22,853 nucleotides of DNA from NCBI RefSeq assembly GCF_006345805.1, contig NW_021836769.1, positions 1-22,853 on the forward strand, written 5' to 3'. This DNA comes from Octopus sinensis. Taxonomy: Eukaryota. Below the pieces are notes generated by a model. That model did no database searches, was not told the origin of the DNA, and worked only from the letters and a program-made list of their open reading frames with translations. Position 1 is the first letter of the stretch. Each line of letters starts with the position of its first letter. A program made the position numbers and the translations under genes. Shown piece after piece: positions 1-10,688 of this stretch.

Positions 1-429
1 TTTTATTATTTAATTCGTAATTTATTTTCTTAAAGGAAAGTCCTCAAATTCTAAATGAATTTTAAGTGTTTTCTATTTTATCAACTTGTCACAGACACCC
101 TCTGTGAGAATCAACAATTGCGGAAAGAATACAAAGTACAAAGTAGAGAAAAAAAAATTCTTTAAAATTCACATTAACTGAACATACAAGAAATAGAGAT
201 ACAAATAGAAATATCGGAATTGAATATAAATATAAATAATAGATAAAGACAGAAATAAATATTAAAAAAAAAATTAGCTAAACTAATAAATTAAATTTGA
301 AAAAAAAAAAAATGTATTGCGACTAATACTTGTTTTAGGAGTTTTCATCCATCTTGAGATGCTACTCGAAAGAATCAAAGTTATCAAAATGAAAGTAAAA
401 ACACTGTAAAAACTTCTCACGCACGGAAA

Positions 430-440
430 TTATATATATA

Positions 441-479
<39 letters not shown>

Positions 480-900
480 TATATATATATGTGTGTGTGT
501 GTATGTGTGTATATGTATATAATATATACATATATATATTATAATAATATATATATATATATATATATATTGTGTGTGTGTGTGTGTATGTGTGTATGTA
601 TGTATATATATATATATATATAAATACATATACATTCATATATATATACATATATAATAACATTATATATAATATATATACATATATATATATACATATA
701 TATCTATATATTTATGTATGTATATGTATATATATATATATATAAATATATACACCCACACACACTTATAGATATCTATGCAAATGTGTATGTGCGTGCG
801 TGTTCGAGTGTGAGCATGCGTATGTTCGTATATATGTAGATGATACATGTATGTATATAGAAATGTACGTATGAAGAGAACAATATATATGTATTTATGT
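430..900. repeat. Compound (TA)n/(TG)n microsatellite
   Basis: Directly visible dinucleotide runs; they explain ORFs 430..663, 447..635 and 663..917. Confidence 0.95.
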
Positions 901-1074
901 TGATATAGATACGTCATTGCACAGTCTTGTTCGTCTGTCTAGCTGTCTCCCTCGGTTTATAGCTCTATATCTATCTACGTACAACTCTCTCTCCTCTCTC
1001 TCTCTCTTACTCACTTATTCTCTCCATCTATCTCTCTCTATCGTGCACTGACAAACATTAAGAGAAATTAGGAA

Positions 1075-1190
1075 TTACGCTAGGTTGTTGCACTGACGAT
1101 TGCTAGGTCGTGGTTTCAACCACTAGAGCGGGTGGTGCGTTGTGTTGTAGAGCAAAACTCTAAATCTCAACTTGTTCTGCGATCCCATCC
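1075..1190 (+). mobile_element. Degenerate tRNA-derived SINE head (CORE-like)
   Basis: B-box-like ggtcgtggtttcaacc followed by gcgttgtgttgtagagcaaaactctaaatctcaacttgttctgcgatc, which resembles a decayed CORE-type SINE body. Confidence 0.4.
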
Positions 1191-1274
1191 CCAAAAAATA
1201 GAACGACAAAAGTAACACGAAACAAAGAATTACGAACCTCGTCTTCTCTGATTGCAGTAAACCCATTAAATGGA

Positions 1275-1652
1275 AGCACTCCGTCGGTTACGACGATGAG
1301 GGTTCCGGTTGATCCGAATCAACGGAACAGCCTACTCGTGAAATTAACGTGTAAGTGGCTGAGCACCCCAGAGACACTTGTACCCTTAACGCAGTTCTCG
1401 GGGATATTCAGCGTGACACAGAGAGTGACAAGGCCGGCCCTTTGAAATACAGGTACAACAGAAACAGGAAGTAAGAGTGAGAGAAAGTTGTGGTGAAAGA
1501 GTACAGCAGGGATCACGACCATCCCTGCCGGAGCCTCGTGGAGCTTTAGGTGTTTCGCTCAATAAACACTCACAACGCCCGGTCTGGGAATCGAAACCAC
1601 GATCCTACGACCGCGAGACCGCTGCCCTAACCACTGGGCCATTGCGCCTCCA
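1275..1652 (-). mobile_element. tRNA-derived SINE (family C), near full length, with 3' stem-loop
   Basis: The minus strand starts tggaggcgcaaTGGCCCAGTGGttagggcagcgg...GGTTTCGATTCCCagacc (Pol III A and B boxes). The 3' end has a hairpin at 1302-1328 (gttcc.gttgat-ccga-atcaac-ggaac). Confidence 0.85.
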
Positions 1653-1940
1653 AAACCCATTAAATATAACCGGTTTGAAACAGAGTAACGGAAAATAAGT
1701 CTGTGAGTCCAAATCCGAACAGCGTAATGCCTCCAATTCAATAAAAGAAACCTGCCCTTGGGTCTACAACTGCTAAAATATCTCCAGTTAAGCAATGTGT
1801 TTGGGGTTGCTGGATGGAAGAAGGTTGTAAAGTCTAGCGCAAACCATCAGCGTTTCGGAAAGAAAACTGAAATAACAGAAATATTTACAGTATAATTTTA
1901 GCAAGTATTATAAAATCACAAGATTTTGATTTAATCGTTC

Positions 1941-2357
1941 ATAGGCGCAGGAGTGGCTGCGTGGTAAGTAGCTTGTTTACCAACCAGATTGTTCCGGGTT
2001 CAGTCCCACTGCATGGCACCTTGGGCAAGTGTCTTCTTCTATAGCCTCGGGCCGACCAAAGCCTTGTGAGTGGATTTGGTAGACGGAAACCTAAAGAAGC
2101 CCGTCGTATATATGTATATATATGTATATGTGTGTGTACGTGAATGTTTGTGTTTGTCCCCGTAGCATTGCTCGACAACCGATGCTGGTGTGTTTATGTC
2201 CCCGTCACTTAGCGGTTCGGCAAAAGAGACCGATAGAATAAGTACTGGGCTTACAAAGAATAAGTCCCGGGGTCGAGTTGCTCGATTAAAGGCGGTGTTC
2301 CAGCATGGCCGCAATCAAATGACTGAAACAAGTAAAAGAGTAAAGAGTAAAAGAGTA
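1941..2357 (+). mobile_element. tRNA-derived CORE-type SINE (family A), full length
   Basis: A box gagtggctgcgtgg, B box gggttcagtccc, CORE-like caccttgggcaagtgtcttc, internal (TA/TG)n and a short tandem tail (agtaaaag)n. Homologous copies at 4928-5197 and 12777-13033. Confidence 0.9.
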
Positions 2358-2639
2358 TATCATTGAGGGCTATAAGTAATTTCTGATGAACAATATCTGT
2401 AAATATTTTCACATTAAATTAGTTCCAAATCTTGTAAAATAACTATTCACGGAATCCGATGTCTTTCCGTATAAATGTAACGTAGTATTTTTCTGTTGTA
2501 ATTATTTACGTGTATTCCGAACAATGTAACAACGATATCTGTAGCTCGTTTCTTTATGATTTAAATGCACAGTAATACACTTTCACGTATCTTCGAAGAT
2601 GGACCACCTCTTATTATGTGCTGCCGACAATTGCTTGTA

Positions 2640-2790
2640 TGTGATATTTAGTATTTTTATCTCAGCAATCGCCATTGACTTAAATACATTTTACTTCCAT
2701 TTCATCTCGGCCCAGTGAGCTTGTAATGCATCTTTCAATGTACCACTAAGTTATTAGTTTCACTCACCTCAAATGCGGTATCCTTAATTT
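2640..2790 (-). mobile_element. Possible highly decayed mariner-type transposase C-terminus
   Basis: The minus strand reads WYIERCITSSLGRDEMEVKCI*VNGDC*DK, resembling the mariner C-terminal pattern FY..GI..L..RW.KCI...GDY. A gagggctataagtaatt stretch near 2365 could be a TIR remnant. By-eye match only. Confidence 0.3.
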
Positions 2791-2838
2791 ATGTCGAAAA
2801 TTAATATAATTTATTACCAGCAAAATTAAGTATATTCT

Positions 2839-3124
2839 CTTACAGCTGTTTCAATTAAGCTTAAAATATTAAATAGCAATTATTAAATCATTATATTAGG
2901 CCAAATCTCATCAGAAGTGTAGAAAGATATACCATTATGCTATTAGGTGTTATGTTTTCGAATCATCTTAGCAGACAACTTCCGAATCATCTGTTAAGAG
3001 GATTTGAAAACATGATACCTAATAACACTTCGGTATATGTTTTCTGCCTATCTGATGAGATTTTGCCTAGTATAATGACTTAATAGGTATTTTATCTTTT
3101 AGGGTTAATGGAAACAGCTGTAAG
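2839..3124. repeat. Long imperfect inverted repeat (arms ~135 bp, 14-nt spacer); each arm has a CTGATGA...GAAACAGCTGTA core
   Basis: The left arm 2839-2975 aligns to the reverse complement of 2990-3124 (e.g. cttacagctgtttc/gaaacagctgtaag, aaatctcatcaga/tctgatgagattt, tattaggtgttatgttttc/gaaaacatgatacctaata). Confidence 0.9.
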
Positions 3125-3168
3125 TGTTGGATTTATTTATATTAATCCTATATCTCCATTTTCTTAAT

Positions 3169-3175
<7 letters not shown>

Positions 3176-3251
<76 letters not shown>

Positions 3252-3425
3252 GTGCTATGTTTATGCGTTCATCTGTCTGCCGTATGTGTTTCTTGAAAAC
3301 TTATTTTTCGAAAACTTATTCTATATTCTAATATTCTGAATTATGAATTTTAAGTTTCGGCAATAAATTAAATAAATTACACATACACACACACACGTGT
3401 GTGTGTGTGTGTATATATATATATG

Positions 3426-3476
<51 letters not shown>

Positions 3477-3510
3477 ATGTGTGTGTATGCACACACACAT
3501 GCTTGTGTGT
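3176..3510. repeat. (CA)n/(TA)n/(TG)n microsatellites
   Basis: Visible runs at 3176-3247 and 3380-3510. Confidence 0.9.
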
Positions 3511-3996
3511 GTTTGTACGTATTTAAAATTCCGTCTGGTTCAGTAATTAATAAATATTTTCTCCTTCAGTCGTATGTAGAACATCATACTCATAAATATA
3601 ACCACACACATAGAGACGATTCATCCCTATCCCCCACTCATTCTCTTTCTCTGTATCTGTCCTCTCTCTTTCTCTCTCTCTCTCTCTCTATGCCTCGCTC
3701 CGGCTCACCTGCGCACACATTGAAACAGCCTTCTCCACACATCATATTCCTGTATTGTTTTCATTGAAGTGATATCATCCGAGATATAACTTGTCAAAAG
3801 CAGCCATTGTCCTTTATATTTGCCAATTAATGTTTGTTAGAGTTGTCAATTAATAAAGCCGTCTACTGTTTTAGATATTTAATTTTCCTTCTTCATGTTC
3901 TTAATTAATATAAGACGATGAAGTAGAAGTTATCAGGTCGTGGGTGAGAGAAAACATTGATTAGCAAACGGAATGTGCTTCCTCGGCATTATTTAA

Positions 3997-4120
3997 TTAG
4001 GAACTGGTATATGATGCAATTCCATCACCAGAATCAGACATAAATATTTTCAGTTGAAGACTGATATAGGGAATGTTGTAAGCAATGCATATTTCCAATT
4101 CATTGAAATTTTGTTGTAAC
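3997..4120 (-). CDS. Candidate terminal coding exon, product unknown
   Basis: Strong minus-strand acceptor tgcttccttttttttttcag| followed by 40 open codons (LQQNFNELEICIAYNIPYISLQLKIFMSDSGDGIASYTSS*) in non-repetitive sequence. No recognised homology. Confidence 0.2.
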
Positions 4121-4271
4121 CTGAAAAAAAAAAGGAAGCAAAACAACATCTAATGACAACCATTAATGAGTCACAGAAAACGTTCGCTAATTTCGAGCAT
4201 TTAAGAATTAAATATTCAAAGTGAAACTAACATACTTATTAGAAAGAGTTCGAATTAGTTTGCTGACGTCA

Positions 4272-4494
4272 GGCGGCGAGCTGTCAGAAGGAATAGCACA
4301 CCTGGTGAAATGCTTGGCATGTATTTCGTCTGTCTTTACGTTCTGAGTTCGAATTCAACCGAGGTCAACATTGCCTTTCATCCTTTCGGAGAGGGGGTCG
4401 ATAAATTAAGTACCAATTATGTACTGGAGTCGATCTAATCGACTGGCCCCCACTCTCCAGAAATTTCGGGCCTTGTGCCTAGAGTAGAAAAGAA
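4272..4494 (+). mobile_element. tRNA-derived SINE (family B), full length monomer
   Basis: Head ggcggcgagctgtcagaa, B box gagttcgaattc, central gcctttcatcctttcgg..gtcgataaattaagtacc, tail ggccttgtgcctagagtagaaaag. Confidence 0.9.
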
Positions 4495-4514
4495 CATTTT
4501 TTTCGCCGACGTCA

Positions 4515-4722
4515 GGGCGGTGAGCTGACACAGTCCTCAGCACACCTGGCCAAATTCTTTGCTGCATTTCGTTCTTTACGTTCTGGGTGGTAATTCTACC
4601 GAGGTCGTCTTTGTCTTTTATCATTTCCGTGTCAATAAAATAAGTACCAGTTTATTATTGGGGTTGATATAATGAGCTTCGTCCCCCCTCAAGATCGATG
4701 CCCATTTATCGGAAATAGAAAC
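4515..4722 (+). mobile_element. Older, diverged family B SINE
   Basis: Colinear but more decayed match to 4272-4494. Confidence 0.75.
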
Positions 4723-4729
4723 CTAGATC

Positions 4730-4890
4730 CTGGTGATTTTATCGCAGTTGACGATATCACCAACGCTGTTGAATATATAATCGACCAGCTGTCGATGTTG
4801 TTGTTGTTATTGGTGATGGCGTGGTAGTGCCATGATATTGGTCATGTTTCTGATAGTGTTTGTGTTAAAGTATAATAGTTATGATATACA
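4730..4890 (+). repeat. Diverged direct repeat, copy 1 (copy 2 at 5523-5679)
   Basis: Shared blocks ctggtgat, gacgat.tcaccaacgctg, tataatcgacca.ctgt.gatg and tataatagttatgatataca. Confidence 0.85.
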
Positions 4891-4899
4891 TGATGACCA

Positions 4900-4931
4900 G
4901 GCGTCTAGCTGACAGAATCATTAGCTCGCCG
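4900..4931 (+). mobile_element. Family B SINE head fragment fused to an antisense family A copy
   Basis: ggcgtctagctgacagaatcattagctcgccg matches the family B head, then the sequence switches to family A minus strand. Confidence 0.6.
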
Positions 4932-5197
4932 AACTGCTAAGTTACGAGGACGTAAACACACCAGCATCTGTTGTCAAGCGATGTTGGGTGGGGGGGACAA
5001 ACACAGACACACAAACACACACACACACATACATATATACGACGGGCTCCTTTCAGTTTAAGCCGACCAAATCCAATCACAAGGCTTTGGTCGGCTTGAG
5101 GCTATAGTAAAAGACACTTGCCCAAAGTACCATGCAGTGGGACTGAACCTGGAACCATGTGGTTGGTAAGCAAGCTACTTACCACACAGCTACTTAT
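4928..5197 (-). mobile_element. Family A SINE lacking its 3' end
   Basis: Reverse complement of 1950-2220, including the A box, B box, CORE-like block and internal (TG)n. Confidence 0.88.
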
Positions 5198-5522
5198 GTG
5201 AGTGTATGTATTTCTGCACAGCTTTTGTCTGCAAATTGTAACTAAGAAAATCTTGAACATAATAACCCAACGCTGAGGACCCCAAGTAGATTTCGCTTCC
5301 TTCGGATGGGACTTCTGTCCCATGTCGCTGTGCCTGTGCTGTTTATTTATGTGTTGCGCTCAAATATTTGCAATACATGCAACGGTATTTTTGTTATGAT
5401 TGTTGTGCGATTGACTGTGTGTGTTTGTGTATCTGTGCGTATGTGTGTGTGTGCGTATGTGTGTGAGTGTGTGTGTGTTTATGCTTGTGTTACTTTTGAC
5501 GATGCGCACCATTATGTAGAAG

Positions 5523-5679
5523 CTGGTGATCATATCGAGGATGACGATTTCACCAACGCTGCTGATGTATAATCGACCAACTGTTGATGCAGCTGTTGCT
5601 GTCGGTATGGTGGTGGTGTCCTGATATTCGCCACGTTGCTGATTCTGTTTGCGTTAAGATATAATAGTTATGATATACA
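5523..5679 (+). repeat. Diverged direct repeat, copy 2
   Basis: Colinear with 4730-4890. Confidence 0.85.
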
Positions 5680-6309
5680 GTGGTGGACAGGTGGATGAGG
5701 TGAAAATTGAGGTGAAGAAATCTTTTAAATTCTGCCCAATCTTAACCTTTATCAATGATTGCTGTCTGACTTCAATGAAGACGAAGAAGCATCTTTTCAA
5801 AACCAATAGTAAGTTTCCTTCTCAGAAATTCTTGAAATTTAATTGAAGGAGCAACATTTTCCAAAGATATCCAATACATCAAAGCAGCGAATTAACCACT
5901 TATCTTCTATTCAGATCGTCTATTAAAACTGCAGGAAAGGCTTGGAGGAGAAAAAGGTGTAGACGTTGGCAACTTTCTTTAGATGTTGAAATTAGGAGAC
6001 ACAAAGATAGTCGGTTCCATCTTCAGTCGTAGAAAAGGAAATTACGAAGGTTTTGGCTATCTTTAATTCGTGATTAGCTCCCGGAAAAATTGTACTACGC
6101 TTTAATTTCTATTCCCAGTTTACGGAAAACATATTTGACAATATGAAAGCAAATTAATTATGATGTTAAATACATTCACACTTAACACCTACTGCTGTTG
6201 TTTCTTTTGTGTATAGATTACAGAGATATTGTTCTATCTCTATCTCCGTCTCTCTCTTCTTGTCCTCTCATTCTCTGTTTCTCTCTATCTATACATGCGT
6301 TCGTTTGCG

Positions 6310-6455
6310 CATGTATCTATATATGTGTGGGTGTAAATCTATACACACATATATATATATATACATATATATAAATGCATATATGTATATATATATATAC
6401 ATATATATAAATGCATATATGTATATATATATATATATACATAAATATAAATTTA

Positions 6456-6495
<40 letters not shown>

Positions 6496-6600
6496 TGTAT
6501 GCATATATATATTCAGACATCTATACAAATATGTACATATACACATTTATATATATATATAGATATAAATATATACACATACGTATATACAAACTTACAT
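6310..6600. repeat. (TA)-rich microsatellite
   Basis: Visible; explains the ORFs at 6209-6614. Confidence 0.9.
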
Positions 6601-6605
6601 ATAAT

Positions 6606-6998
6606 GTGGAGTAGTATATAGAAGTTTGTGAAACGTTAGCTGGAGTACATACACCCTCACCTGTGTGTAATAGTGAGGACGTTTTATTAAGATCTGCTAG
6701 TGTAAGAGTCGGACAGGGAAGCCGAAACCTCAAATGGAGTTACAAACCAGATAAAAAGATGCAAGATTATGTATGAGACTTATAAGAGAAGATTGTACAT
6801 GGTAGATTTCTAAAAATAGATGCAGAAAATAGGAATAGTGATTGTGATTGCAGAAAGGAAGGCTGAAGAGGGAAATATGATGATTGTTAGTAGCAGCAGA
6901 GGATCAAGCATTGAGGAATAATTGGATAAAATACAAAGTCAGAAGATTGCCAATACGGGTTTTATATATATATACATATACATATATATATATATATA

Positions 6999-7030
<32 letters not shown>

Positions 7031-7445
7031 CATATGAAAGCAAGAATATATTACTGACGAGCATGAACATTGTAAATTGTTAGAAAGTAAGAAATATAAG
7101 ATGTGTCATTTTAACATTCCGGCTTACAAAATAATAGAAGCTAGAAGACCTGATTTAGTGGTAATAGACAAAGGGAATGGAAAGTTCCAGGTAATTGACT
7201 TCACAGTCCCAAAGGATGTGGATGTCATTAGGAGAAGCTTAGAGAAAATAACACAAAAAAACAGAACATAGCCATTGAGCTACAGTATGGATAATTTGTA
7301 ACCCTGTAGTTACGTAAGCATTAGTAAGTAAACCTTATGATTTTAACAGATTGATGGAGAAATAGGCATAAATTATACTTTGGTACTACTCCATAAATCA
7401 GTATTATAAGGGACTGTTAGAATACTTAGGAAGTGTGGCATCTAA
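6606..7445 (+). mobile_element. R4/Dong-like non-LTR retrotransposon 3' remnant (linker plus RLE endonuclease), pseudogenised
   Basis: Reads EKIVHGRF, KGRLKREI**LLVAAEDQALRNNWIKYKV, CKLLESKKYKMCH, RRPDLVVIDK...VIDFTVPKD and GTVRILRK. These match the R4-clade K.LHG.F, AAQDQAL, RH, PD..D and GTARILR motifs. Contains stops and frameshifts. Confidence 0.85.
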
Positions 7446-7550
7446 TAAAGCTAGGATTTTTTTTAACAGTTTAACCTGTAGTGCGTAGATGAAAAATAAT
7501 AACAAAACAAAAGCAATAACAATAATACAGAAGCAACAACAATAATAATA

Positions 7551-7925
7551 AGGGGTTTAAACTTTTAGGAGGGAGTAAGTTGATTACATCGACCCCAGTG
7601 CTGAATAGTTACTCTTATCCACCCCGAAAAAATGAAAGGCAAATTCGAACTCGGCAGAATTTGAATTTAGAATATAAAGACGGACGAAATACCTATTTCT
7701 TTACTACCCACAAGGGGCTAAACATAGAGAGGACAAACAAGGACAGACAAACGGATTAAGTTGATAATATCGACCTCAGTGCGTAACTGGTACTTATTTA
7801 ATCGACTCCGAAGGGATGAAAGGCAAAGTCGACCTCGGCGGAATTTGAATTTAGAATATAAAGACGGAGGAAATGCCGCCGAACATTTTGCCCGACGTGT
7901 CAACAATTCTTTTAGCTTGCCGCAC
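7551..7925 (-). mobile_element. Family B SINE dimer (head + one 184-bp unit + terminal unit)
   Basis: Full unit at 7693-7876, junction gaaatac|ctatttc at 7692/7693, second partial unit at 7551-7692. Confidence 0.85.
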
Positions 7926-7949
7926 TTATGGTTTCAAATTTTTGCACAA

Positions 7950-8140
7950 GGCCAGTAACTTTGTTTTATTGGAAGTGGGGGCATTCGATTACCTTGACCC
8001 TAGTATTCAACTGGAACTTATTTTATCGTCTCCTAAAGGACGTCAGGCAAGGGCGACCTAGATAGAATTAGAAGGCAGAATGTACGGACCGAAGAAATAT
8101 TGTTCAGTAGTTTACTAACTACTCCGCCATCACGCCGACC
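7950..8140 (-). mobile_element. Degenerate family B SINE
   Basis: cgattaccttgaccctagtattcaactggaacttattttatcg...aggcaagggcgacct is a decayed reverse-complement match. Confidence 0.6.
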
Positions 8141-8629
8141 TAACTTTATGTGGATGTGAAGGAGAAATAGAAAGAAAGAAAGAAAGAGAGAAAGAAAGAA
8201 AGACAGGTTAAAGATAGAGGATGGGTGTGTGAGCGCGCAAAAATATATGCATTATTCTTGCCATTTCTGAGAAAATAATACGTGAATGCTTTACTATAAA
8301 AATAAATACAGGGAATTATTCATTTTTATGTAAAGTATGGAGAAATTACCTGCTAAATTTTTCATTTTTCTTTAAAAATAAAGAGTTTACCTTCTCTAGA
8401 AATAGTTGAGAAATAATAGGGTTTTTTTTTATATATATAATTTGAGAATATCTCGAAAAATCCTTACTTGTAACTTTATTTATGACCAAAAATGTGAGAA
8501 TAAAAAATGCCTGGTATATCAGAAGAATGATTGTCCAAAATTATTCAACACCATTTCTAACGTAAAGACTAGGATTGTAGATCTGTGTTAATATAATCAT
8601 GCGTAAAGTAATTAACAATTTACTGTTAT

Positions 8630-9080
8630 TAAAATGGTTTTTAAAATATCCTTGTGGTTCATGACTATGGTACAAAACCTGGCATTGTTGTCCGAGGAGA
8701 GAAGAAAGCAATTATTGTGGATATTACTTATCTGTGGAACCACTGGGTGAATGAGAAAGAAATTATAAAGTTTGCGAAATATAAGGAGCTGTAAGGGGGA
8801 AAGCAGGATACTATGGAGAATTGGACACTCAGAAGTGGTACCGATTGTGGTTTGTGCAATAGGGGCATTTAGTAAAAGGGCGGATGACACGTTAGGAATT
8901 ACCATCAGGACCACACTATTTCGGAAAACAGCCTTGTTGCAGAGAGGAAGGATTGTAATGAGGGGAGATAGAAAGCTGAAGAAATAATGACCCAAAATAC
9001 ACTTGACCATTTGATGTGACATGCTCTTTGGCTATAGTGTCGGTATCACATCTGTCAGAGCGAAAGCGCCAAGGCTAAAC
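8630..9080 (+). mobile_element. R4/Dong-like RLE 3' remnant with 3'UTR
   Basis: TKPGIVV...AIIVDIT...EKEIIKFAKYKEL, then (frameshift) ILW...VVPIVVCAIGAFSK...FRKTALL. The 3'UTR runs into an (ATA/ATG)n tract at ~9081. It may extend upstream to ~8490 (CPKL). Confidence 0.8.
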
Positions 9081-9136
9081 ATGATAATGATGATGATAAT
9101 ATTAATAGTAATAATGATAATAAGATTGATAATGAT

Positions 9137-9172
<36 letters not shown>

Positions 9173-9178
9173 TATAAT

Positions 9179-9210
<32 letters not shown>

Positions 9211-9353
9211 ATGATGAAGATGAAGATAATAATAATATAAAATATTAATATAATCAAAAATTTAGCATTCTAGACGTATTGTGTAATATTTACATTATTA
9301 CTTGTGATAGTTGTACCAACATGTACACACTCATTTGTATATATATATATAGG

Positions 9354-9400
<47 letters not shown>

Positions 9401-9545
9401 TATATATATAATATATATATATATATAATATATATATATACGTATGTGTTTGTATGTAGATCTTTATATATACATCGTGTGTTTGTATGCGTGTGTGTCA
9501 TACAAACACAAAGGTGCACACACCCACGCCTATGTTTATGTATAT

Positions 9546-9580
<35 letters not shown>

Positions 9581-9647
9581 GATATATATATATATATGTG
9601 TGTGTGTGTATATGTATATATTTATATATATATATATATATTATATA

Positions 9648-9706
<59 letters not shown>

Positions 9707-9780
9707 ACATATATATATATGTATGTATGTATATATGTATATATATATATATTTATATATGTATATATGCGTGTACATAT
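9081..9780. repeat. (AAT)n followed by (TA)n/(TG)n microsatellites
   Basis: Visible runs at 9081-9245 and 9335-9780. Confidence 0.9.
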
Positions 9781-10688
9781 GCCGTCGTTGCTGCTGTTGT
9801 TGTTATTGTTGTTGCTGCTGCTTTCTGTTCTATTGTTAATCAAATATAACAAGTAGACAACAACAAAAGTTTTAAAGAATCACTAATATGTGTTGTCACG
9901 TTTCACATGAAATACTATTTCAGTGTTGACTTCTATATATTTAGGATTTCTTTGATGTCGTCACATCATCTTTTGAAATCTTCATATTTACATTATAACA
10001 CCAAATGTCTGCATGCAGAACACACAAATAATATCATCACAAACAGTTATGCAGATATATTACGTATCTTGTGCCAATATGGTGTCATGTGATATGTTGT
10101 ATATTTCTAATTTGGCACTACATACGCCATTATGCTACGTTGGCATAACATATCTAGTTGCTGTTTTTGTTGCTATTTCAGCCAACCTCTTCGCGGATTG
10201 AATGTACATATAGTCAAAGCCATTCTACTCCTATTGAATTTTGGAAACATCATTATTATTCTGTTAGACAATTCTTTTTCTTTTTGTTTCTTGCACTATG
10301 AGTAAAATGCCTTATGGAAAGCAAGAAAATCGAAGACAATGAAACCTAGGAAATAGGAGAAAGACCTTCAACCTGGAGACCTGGGCTTAAATTTCACCAC
10401 ATACTCAACTTTGCTAATGTTACCCCAAGACCAGTTAATATTTGTAAACCTGCGTGGCTGAAAAAAGTCTACCATCGGAGAACCATAGCTGACCTTTATG
10501 TAATTTTCTCCAAAATTCTTCCTTACTTAAGCATAACCAGACGGTACTGGTGACAAGAGGCTCTGATACAAAATCTTGGCCAATGCGCTGTACGGTGTCA
10601 ACGGTATAAGTAAAACGTAGATGCAGTTACAATTTACCTGTTAAAGTGGCACATTTTCTTCTAGCAGTCATTATCGTCCTCTCATTCA

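Noticed and set aside
2383-2389. CTGATGA as a hammerhead or box D core
   Set aside because: No downstream stem II/GAAA/stem III arrangement and no matching box C.
5764-5815. LSDFNEDEEASFQNQ followed by a GTAAGT donor consensus
   Set aside because: No convincing in-frame acceptor, short, and no recognisable homology.
7761-7958. Similar ORFs at 7761 and 22096 (RKDERQSRPRRNLN) as a gene family
   Set aside because: Both are antisense translations of the family B SINE.
10330-10640. Unique sequence with ~35-65-codon open stretches on both strands
   Set aside because: No recognisable motif, and the splice sites do not give a clean stop-free exon.
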